Of a stretch of 64,000 nt of DNA, positions 55,918-64,000 are shown one piece after another. How positions within the stretch are numbered: position 1 is the first letter of the stretch; each line of letters begins with the position of its first letter. The DNA comes from Octopus sinensis (lineage: Eukaryota): the NCBI RefSeq assembly GCF_006345805.1, contig NC_043001.1, forward strand, positions 71,672,001 to 71,736,000, given 5' to 3'. The translations under genes were made by a program, and so were the position numbers. Below the pieces are notes generated by a model. The model was given only the letters and a program-made list of their open reading frames with translations, was not told where the DNA came from and ran no database searches.

Positions 55918-56820
55918 TTTTCCATATAATCCATGATTTTTCCAGGCATTGCTGTTATGAGATAATTAACAATGTGTCAATTAATAATTTAAGATCTTAA
56001 CTTATAAAATACTGAAAGATATTTCAATTTTTCCGTGTAAGGGATGATAATATTTCAATTTTTTTCATGTTAAATTTAAATATATGTTGTGATTGAATTA
56101 TTTGATATTACACATCCACACCAAATTAATGGCAGGGTATTTTACCATCTTGCTACTTGCACCATGGCTCACCAAAAGTTACAAACAACAAGACACCAAA
56201 ACCATCAGTTACCAGGCTCACCTTAAGTAACCTAGATTTTGAGTTGGTGATAATAGCACTGACTGCTGCTAATCTAGATCTATCAATAATTATTCAATAC
56301 AGCAGTAATTATAAAAGCATATCAGATATACACAAGTTAAAATTACCTACATCCCATTAATATGAATTTAATTTATGAAAAGTCCCTTTTAATTAATTTT
56401 GAAATTTAAAAAGTAATCTTAGAATATAAGCACTTTTAACCAATGCCTTTTCTGGACAGCCTTACTACATTCCTTCAGGTTTGCCCATAGAGACACAGCC
56501 AAAAATTACTATATTCCTGCCTCAATAAATTTAGATGCACATATTTGAAGTATATAACACATTAATGAACTAGCCTGATTAAATAATTAACTAAAAAGAA
56601 AAGGAAAGCAACTAAGAAGGAAAAGCAAAAAAAGCAAAAAGCAAATTAATTAAAGCTGAAAGAGAAAATTAATAATAAAAGTAAAACTTACCCTAATTCA
56701 ACAGCATATTGAAAATAACTTTATTAAATACAGTTCTTTGTGTGTTTCCGTCACACAAAGAGATGAGGAATTATGTACATTATTTACATTTGACGGATAT
56801 TTGTCCTCATCTTGTTTGTT

Positions 56821-56866
56821 AACACAACGTTTCGGCTAATATACCCTCCAGCACTCATCAGATGTC
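56821..56866 (-). ncRNA. Minimal type I hammerhead ribozyme
   Basis: GACAU-CUGAUGA-G-UGCUG-GAGGGUAUAU-UAGCC-GAAAC-GUU-GUGUU. The core is intact; the stems are weakened by G-U pairs and one mismatch. Confidence 0.65.
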
Positions 56867-56867
56867 T

Positions 56868-56896
<29 letters not shown>

Positions 56897-56900
<4 letters not shown>

Positions 56901-56971
56901 TTACTACCTGGAATCGAACTCGGAATCTTAGTGTTAGTAGCCCTTGCACTTAACCACTATGCCATATGCCC
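56897..56971 (-). promoter_or_regulatory. tRNA-like internal Pol III promoter (A/B box) inside the PLE 3' region
   Basis: GGGCATATGGCATAGTGGTTAAG...GAGTTCGATTCC. No canonical acceptor stem, so not a functional tRNA. Confidence 0.65.
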
Positions 56972-57939
56972 ATGAGCAATTATAGAGTGAATTTTAGGGC
57001 TTATAAATCTAATATTTTCCTATCTTTCCTTCATACTGGTTCCCATATGCTATTCATATCTACACTCGGTCTGCTTAGGAGGTTGTCATAGCATATGTGC
57101 TGCTTCTTTTAGATTTCGTATTTTCCAGTGGTGTTCTCTGTCTATTATTTTAACTTCATCCCACAGGGGAGGTGGTTTTCATAATCAACTATAATCCATA
57201 CATAATCAACTATACCTGGTTTATCAATACCTCCTCGTGTCACAGCTTTGCGATGTTCCTCTATCCTTATTCTGAGGGGGCGGCATGTTTCGCCTTTGTA
57301 TAACCTACCACAGCTGCATGAGGATTGAGTACATGCAGTTTTTGGTCATTGTGAACTGTATAGATGGCTGTATTGAGTTCACATGATCTAACAGCACTTG
57401 GACACCTTCCTGGTGGGGCCAGAGAATATAGGTGTCATCAATATATCGCAGTCATAGGGTTGGTTTTAGTGGTGTTGATCCTAAAGCCATATTCTCAAAG
57501 TATTCCATGTATATATTGGCTATTATCGGTGATAATGGCGAATCCATAGCTAAACCCTCTTCTTGTCGATATATAGGTAGTTTCTACACAGAAGGTCAAC
57601 ATTTCCATCAAGTTTCTTATTGGTATACTAGTGCGCTCTTTTAGATGGTTGTCTGTCACTAGTTTTTCTTGAGTCACCGATAGTGCTTCACAAGACTTAT
57701 CACATCTAGACTCACCATCTGGTTGGATTCAATTCTGTGAAGTGGGTGGAATTCTTCACGTATGATGTTGACTTTCCTGCTAATGGACTGATTATATCCA
57801 CAAAGAAGCGGCTCAGTGGATAACATGCTGAACCTCTACCACTCACTATGGGTCTTAATGGAATACCATTCTTGCGAATCTTAGGTACATGTGTGGTAGT
57901 TTACTGTAGTGTTGTGTCAGTTGTCTGACTAAACGATGT

Positions 57940-58395
57940 AATAAAGGCTATTGATGAAATGAAAACAAACTCAGCTACTGGCCCAGATGGATTCCCAGCA
58001 ATCCTTCTAAAAGTATGTAAGAGAGTCTTAGCAAGACCACTGCAGTTCCTCTTTCAGAGCTTCCTTGCAACTGGCAAACTTCCAAGAAAACTGAAGGAAG
58101 GTAAAATATGCCCTATTCATAAAGGAGGTAGAGCGGAGGTCAAGAACTACAGACCTATCTCTCTGACCTCACACATCAGCAAGGTCATGGAACGAATAGT
58201 CTGAAGGAAACTAATCACCTTCCTTGAAGAAAAGGACTTGCTGCCTGACACCCAACATGGTTTCCGACCAGGAAGAAGCTGCTTAACTCAGCTCCTACAA
58301 TACTATGACTGGGTACTGAAACGACTGCTCAATCACTCAAATGTGGAAGTCATATATCTCGACTTTGCAAATGTCTTTGATAAAGTCGATCATGG
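57940..58395 (+). mobile_element. CR1/L2-group LINE RT fragment
   Basis: ATGPDGFP.ILLK..KNYRPISLTSHISKVMERIV, QHGFRPGRSCLTQLL and IYLDFANVFDKVDH. Confidence 0.85.
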
Positions 58396-58518
58396 AATGC
58401 AGCAAAAATATCACAAAAACTGTTGCTCAGGGTTTCACGTTCCCGTACGTCAAACAGTGGACTTTTTCCACCTTGTTTCGCATTTATGTACTTACCCTAG
58501 TATATACATATATATATA

Positions 58519-58567
<49 letters not shown>

Positions 58568-58664
58568 ATACATGTCGAAAATAAATATAAGAGCAACAAA
58601 AATCAAAATAACGTACACAATAAATGTATTAGGTTGATGCTCAGTTTAACCTGGAGACAAGAGG

Positions 58665-58702
58665 GAGTTGTAACGTTTCGTGCATGGCTCTTCGTCAGAA
58701 AG
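58665..58702 (-). ncRNA. Degenerate hammerhead motif (third family)
   Basis: CUUU-CUGACGA-A-GAGC-CAU-GCAC-GAAAC-GUU. The core is intact but stems I and II are mismatched. Confidence 0.4.
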
Positions 58703-60319
58703 AGGAAAGAGGAAAGAGAAAGAAAATGTAGTCCAAGAAAAGAGCGTGTGTAAGAGAAATATAGAGGAAGTGTTTTTTGAAGGCAGAAGAATGCGAAAAT
58801 GGCCAGTGTGTGTGTGTGCGCGTGTGATTGTGTGTGTGTGTGTGATTGTGTGCGTGTGTGTGGTAGTATCTGTATGTGTTTGATGTTTATGTGAGTGATG
58901 TGTGTGTAAGGAGTGATTCTGGCAATTTTGTAGCTGTAGTTAGATTTAGCGGTGATAGGCGAGGTGAAAGTGTGTGATTTCATTAGTGTTGCTGTGTGTT
59001 TACGTATGTGTTTGTGTTTGTACGCATGAGTGTGTGAGTGCGTGAGTACGGGTGTGAGTGTATGTATGTTTTGTGTGCATGTGTGGGGGGGTATTGTGTG
59101 TGTATGTGTCTCTGCATGCGTGTGTATGTGAAGGGTTTTTTTCTGTACACGCCAGGATATGGAGACGTGTGTATGTGTACAATAGGTATGTATGTATTAT
59201 GTGGGAGGCGCATGATATGCATATGGATGTGTGGAAATGTGTGGGAGATGAGTTAAAATTAAAAATTAAAATAATTTCAATTAAATCAGAAAGATAAAAT
59301 TAAAAATTAAATTAAGAAACATAAAATGTAATTATAATTTAAATGAATGTTTGAAAAAAAATTTTAATTAAAAAATTCTTAAACATGTTTTAAAAGCTCT
59401 TAAAAATAAAAAAAAAATCCTATGGAAGATGTTACTAGAAGGAGGGGTGTGTTCAGTGAAAATGCTTTGTAGAAAGATGTGGCGCTGTTCAAGGGGAAAT
59501 TTAGAGGTAGTGGATCCACGGTACAAGGTCAGGTCGATGACAGTAAGATGTGCGGTGGAATGACTGGCAGGGCAAAAATGACGCGTGACCAGGGTATTAG
59601 TCGCTTAAGCACTTCAATACTAATAACCTGGTGTAGGACTCAATATACGTATGCTTCTGAACGAAGCGTTACTCAAGTAATGTGTATGTATATATTTCTG
59701 TAAGTACATTCATGTTATGTATGTATACATATATACATGTATGTGTAAGAGTGTGTATACATATGTTCTTACTCATAGATTTATTCACTCTTTCTCTACA
59801 TCTAGATATACCCATCACTAAACACATCTTAGAATTAATTTTATTCTAGTTATGAGAGGAGCCCCTAGATTTCATCCCCCAGATTTATGCTTTCACATTG
59901 GTAATGCTTTCCTGTGTATATGCATATATGTAATTGTTTTCCCAAATGAATTGCACTTCATGTCTGAGGTTCCAATGAGTCCACCGCATCTTATAGCGGA
60001 AACAGCCATAAGCTAATGAAGTACATAAAATAGTCTTGTATTCCTTTGCTATCTCTTTTTCTTATTTGTGTGTGTGTGTATGTGTGGGTACTTGTGTGCG
60101 TGTGTGCGTTTGTGTGCGTATGTGCGTGTGTGTGTGTGTGTCTGTATTTATCCCCACCTCCGCTTGACAACTGGTGTTTGTTTGTTTACTTCCCCTTAAC
60201 ATAGCGGCTCAGCAAAAGCGCCCTATAGAATAAGTACAAGGATTTACAAAAATAAGTACTGAAATCGATTCATTCGACTAAAAAGTCTTCAAGACGGTTA
60301 TCTTAGACTCAAACAAGTA

Positions 60320-60668
<349 letters not shown>

Positions 60669-63120
60669 AGATAAGTTTCTTTATTGGCCACACAGGGCTG
60701 CACACAGATGGGACAAGTTACAAGGTAGAGCTTTTCTTTTGGGGGATGAAAAAAAGGGGGTGGCGTAGGTTTTCGATCAAGAGGGATCGTAAAAGGGAAG
60801 AAAAGAACAAAAAAAAAGAAAAGAAGAAAAAAATAGAATAAAAAATAAAAAGAATAAAAGAAAAAAAAAGAAAGGGAAAGGAACAAAAGAAAAGAGAAAT
60901 TAAAAAAGAAGAAAAAGGGGAAAAAAGGGGAAGAGGAAAAAAAAAGGAACGATCAATAGGGATCGTGTATCAGTGTTATGATATATGGTGTAAAGGGGAA
61001 AGCAAGTAAGGTTTATCCGTGGGAAGAAAAGCCTACGAAAAAGACCACGGTAACCTTGGTCAATATTGTTATATGTTACCACATTTGTTTGCAAGTGGGT
61101 AACCCTCTGTTTTCAATTTCTGGGTTCATAGGATTATGCTCAAGGTGGCTTCGTCATTCATACGTGCCATCCTTGCTACATTCACCCATCTTTTTTTAAA
61201 ACATTCGCTAGACAAAACTTGCCTCTCTACTCTCACTTTCCTTTTCAAGTGGTACTTGAAGAAGTTGATGAGAGATTGACCAGAGAGGAAAGTGTTTGTC
61301 TCCAATCCTTTCAGAAGCGTCCACCAGATACATTCTTTCGCCATAGCCACAAGGATGATGAAAATAGCTCTTCCTTCCCGTTTGAAGGAAGGAGGCGTGA
61401 CAATATTGACGATAGACTCAGCTGATAAACCGACTCGTCCCACACGTGACAGCAGTTGTTCGACACAAGCCCACAGGTCGGAAATTGTTGGACACTGCAC
61501 GAGTGCGTGCAGAACGGTTTCGTCGCTCTGACCGCATCTCGGGCAGGTCGGCCCCGTGTTTCTCGAGCCGTGTCTGTAGAGCTTATCCCGAACGGGTAGC
61601 GCTTCTCGGTAACACTGCCAGGCCAGGGATCTCTGGAAGTTGTCCATGGGCCCTGGCCCGAAAGTCGTCCTGAACAGGCGGGTCAGGTACTCCTCGTCGA
61701 CGTCCAGGTTCGCCCCGAGCTCGTCGTCGTACCTCCCCTCCACTAATCCCCTATAGAATGCTTTGGTTGTGTTGAAGTCACTCAAGGTCGACCCAGGACG
61801 GCAGAGTTGCTTGAGAGCAACGCGACACTCGCGGTGCCATTCGCCCTTCCTCGGCCTCTTTTTGATCCACGACTGCAGTTCGGTCATGGAGACAAGCTGC
61901 GGGAAAGCGTGCCTCACAAACGGCGACCACACCTGTTCACCGTCGTCTACATAGAGCCAGAGATGTCGCAGTCTCAGCGCGTGTCTGCGCATCATCAACC
62001 ACGGCATGCCCAGCCCTCCTTTTAACGGGTGTTGACAGCAAATGGATCGCCTGACCATCGGGACGCATCCTTTCCACAAGAAGCGAAAGAGAATGCGTTG
62101 TAGTTTGGTGATGGTAGGGTCGGGACAAGGTACGACGGTCAGGCGGTAGTAGATGACGGACGCGATGTACGTGTTCGCCACCTCCGCTCGGCCTTTTAGG
62201 GACAGTTTCCTCTCGGCCCATTGCCGGGCGAGAGTGACCACCCTACTCGTTATCTCGTTCCAGTTCTTCTCTACTTGGAGGTCCGGACCAAACCAGACCC
62301 CGAGCAACTCAACCGGGCCGTCGGTCCAGCGTCCCACGACGGAGGCGCTGGTGGACGGCATGGGCTTGCTTCTCCAGGTGCCTAGTCGCAAGCCCACTGA
62401 CTTTTCCCGGTTGATTTTCGCCCCTGTCACCGCTTCGTAGTTTTTCAGTGTCTCGCCGACCTGCTCGATGTGCTCGTGGCTAGACACTATGACGGTGACG
62501 TCGTCCGCGTATGCAGACACGCTCGTCCCGCATCCCAGTTCTCGCGGGATGCCCCTCAAAGTTGCCAGCTTCCGCAATAATGGCTCGAGAGTCAATACGT
62601 ATAGAAGCGACGAGAGGGGGCATCCCTGACGGACCGAACGTGCGATGTCGAAGGGTCTCGATAGATGTCCATTCACGCGAATTACCGAACGGATGCCTCT
62701 GTACAAAGCGGCTATCCAGCCGCGGAAGACGGGACCGAAGCCAGCCGCTCTGAGGACCGCCTCCAAGTATCGATGGTCTACCCTATCGAAAGCTTTCGAT
62801 TGATCCAAATTGATCAGCGCCCCACCCATGCCAGGTTCGTTAACTACCCTGTCTATGATGTAGCGCATCAGGTGGAGGTTGTCATGGATGGCCCGGCCCA
62901 GCACGGCGCATGTTTGCGCCTTGTCAACCAGTTTCTCGATGACAAGCGCCAACCTCTTGGCTAGCACCTTGGCCAAAATTTTCAAGTCTGCATTAAGCAG
63001 AGTGATGGGCCTAAAGTTATCTATTACATTTCCCTTGTTTAGATCTTTCTTCAGCAGTGTTACGGTTCATCGGCTCACAAAACCAGGAATGCTCCCGTTT
63101 TGCTGCCAGTTGCAGTACAC
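60669..63120 (-). mobile_element. L1/Tx1-clade LINE, 5'-truncated, young
   Basis: Contains ORF 61126-62985. The 3' UTR ends ...tgtggccAATAAAgaaa followed by (CTAT)n. Confidence 0.92.
61126..62985 (-). CDS. LINE ORF2 reverse transcriptase + C-terminal zinc finger (partial, uninterrupted 619 aa)
   Basis: KILAKVLAKRL, LDQSKAFDRVDH, RQGCPLS, AYADD, GGLG and CPRC..ETVLH..C motifs. Confidence 0.9.
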   Translation of the reverse strand: MKILAKVLAKRLALVIEKLVDKAQTCAVLGRAIHDNLHLMRYIIDRVVNEPGMGGALINLDQSKAFDRVDHRYLEAVLRAAGFGPVFRGWIAALYRGIRSVIRVNGHLSRPFDIARSVRQGCPLSSLLYVLTLEPLLRKLATLRGIPRELGCGTSVSAYADDVTVIVSSHEHIEQVGETLKNYEAVTGAKINREKSVGLRLGTWRSKPMPSTSASVVGRWTDGPVELLGVWFGPDLQVEKNWNEITSRVVTLARQWAERKLSLKGRAEVANTYIASVIYYRLTVVPCPDPTITKLQRILFRFLWKGCVPMVRRSICCQHPLKGGLGMPWLMMRRHALRLRHLWLYVDDGEQVWSPFVRHAFPQLVSMTELQSWIKKRPRKGEWHRECRVALKQLCRPGSTLSDFNTTKAFYRGLVEGRYDDELGANLDVDEEYLTRLFRTTFGPGPMDNFQRSLAWQCYREALPVRDKLYRHGSRNTGPTCPRCGQSDETVLHALVQCPTISDLWACVEQLLSRVGRVGLSAESIVNIVTPPSFKREGRAIFIILVAMAKECIWWTLLKGLETNTFLSGQSLINFFKYHLKRKVRVERQVLSSECFKKRWVNVARMARMNDEATLSIIL

Positions 63121-63250
63121 CGCCGCTGTTTCACTGAAAACGATTCAATTTGAAATCCAATTCAAACGACCGCATGTTGTATCAACATATACATTTTCTT
63201 ATAGTCTTGTGTTGTGTCAACGTATATAGTCTCTTGTCGTGCAAAATATT

Positions 63251-63281
<31 letters not shown>

Positions 63282-63458
63282 TAAATATAAAGTGTATAAA
63301 ATATTTTATACACAGAGAGGAGACTTTTGACAGGACTTTTGACATGCTACAAAGGGCAGTTAAAACCCAAACCACGAAAAAAATTCATGAGACACACTGT
63401 TATAACACCAGAACGAACAATTACTTTAATTATTACCCCCTTATTTTGCGATATATAC

Positions 63459-63724
<266 letters not shown>

Positions 63725-64000
63725 CTGGAGTGGTATGACAGTAGTAGACTGGAATGGAATCTTCTTTAATGGTCAATTGACCTAAAAGTTACCTGTTTTG
63801 GCTGTACCAGTAGTGATTGGAATTGTTCTGAATAAATTCATGAGTAGTGACTGTTTTGAATATATCGTTTTTAATATTTACGTGGGTATTATTCTAAGAT
63901 CATTGTAGTAGAGTTATCTGCGGTGGAAGCATTCAAAAAGGGTTTATATTTTGCGATAAAGTATGATCCTTTGCTAATGCGCTGATTATAAATTGCATTG

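Larger units (their letters stand above)
56760..57900 (-). mobile_element. Penelope-like element remnant: RT, GIY-YIG C-terminus, 3' UTR, tRNA-like head, (TAA)n, hammerhead
   Basis: The minus frames give PKIRKNGIPLRPIVSGRGS..SYVKNSTHF, MEMLTFCVETTY and YKGETCRPLRIRIEEHRKA..LWDEVKIIDREHHWKIRNLKEA, followed by the cassette. Confidence 0.85.

Noticed and set aside
59450-59700. Possible LINE 3' end remnant on the minus strand
   Set aside because: Only vague similarity; no motif could be read.

Overview
AT-rich, microsatellite-dense eukaryotic DNA. The SINE families and repeat style point to an octopus genome (inference). No host protein-coding gene can be firmly identified; only a few short candidate exons are seen. 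Most six-frame ORFs are artefacts of simple repeats. The window is mainly a mosaic of decayed transposons: Penelope-like elements (PLEs), L1/Tx1, R4/Dong, RTE and CR1 LINEs, Tc1/mariner elements and MITEs, a Helitron helicase remnant plus a non-autonomous Helitron, and many tRNA-derived SINEs. There is one 100-N assembly gap. The most notable signal is a set of minimal type I hammerhead ribozyme (HHR) motifs from at least three sequence families. (1) A U3-A8 covariant HHR at 36765-36807 lies inside a reconstructed 366-bp, highly structured, retrozyme-like tandem unit. An ORF1-only (half-L1-like) element has inserted into that unit with a 14-bp target-site duplication. (2) A tRNA-like head + (TAA)n + HHR cassette forms the 3' end of a PLE and also occurs alone, like a SINE. 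(3) Several degenerate copies of a third family are present. A Tx1-like LINE also appears to target (GATA)n microsatellites. Element boundaries are read by eye and are approximate unless a TSD or TIR is quoted.
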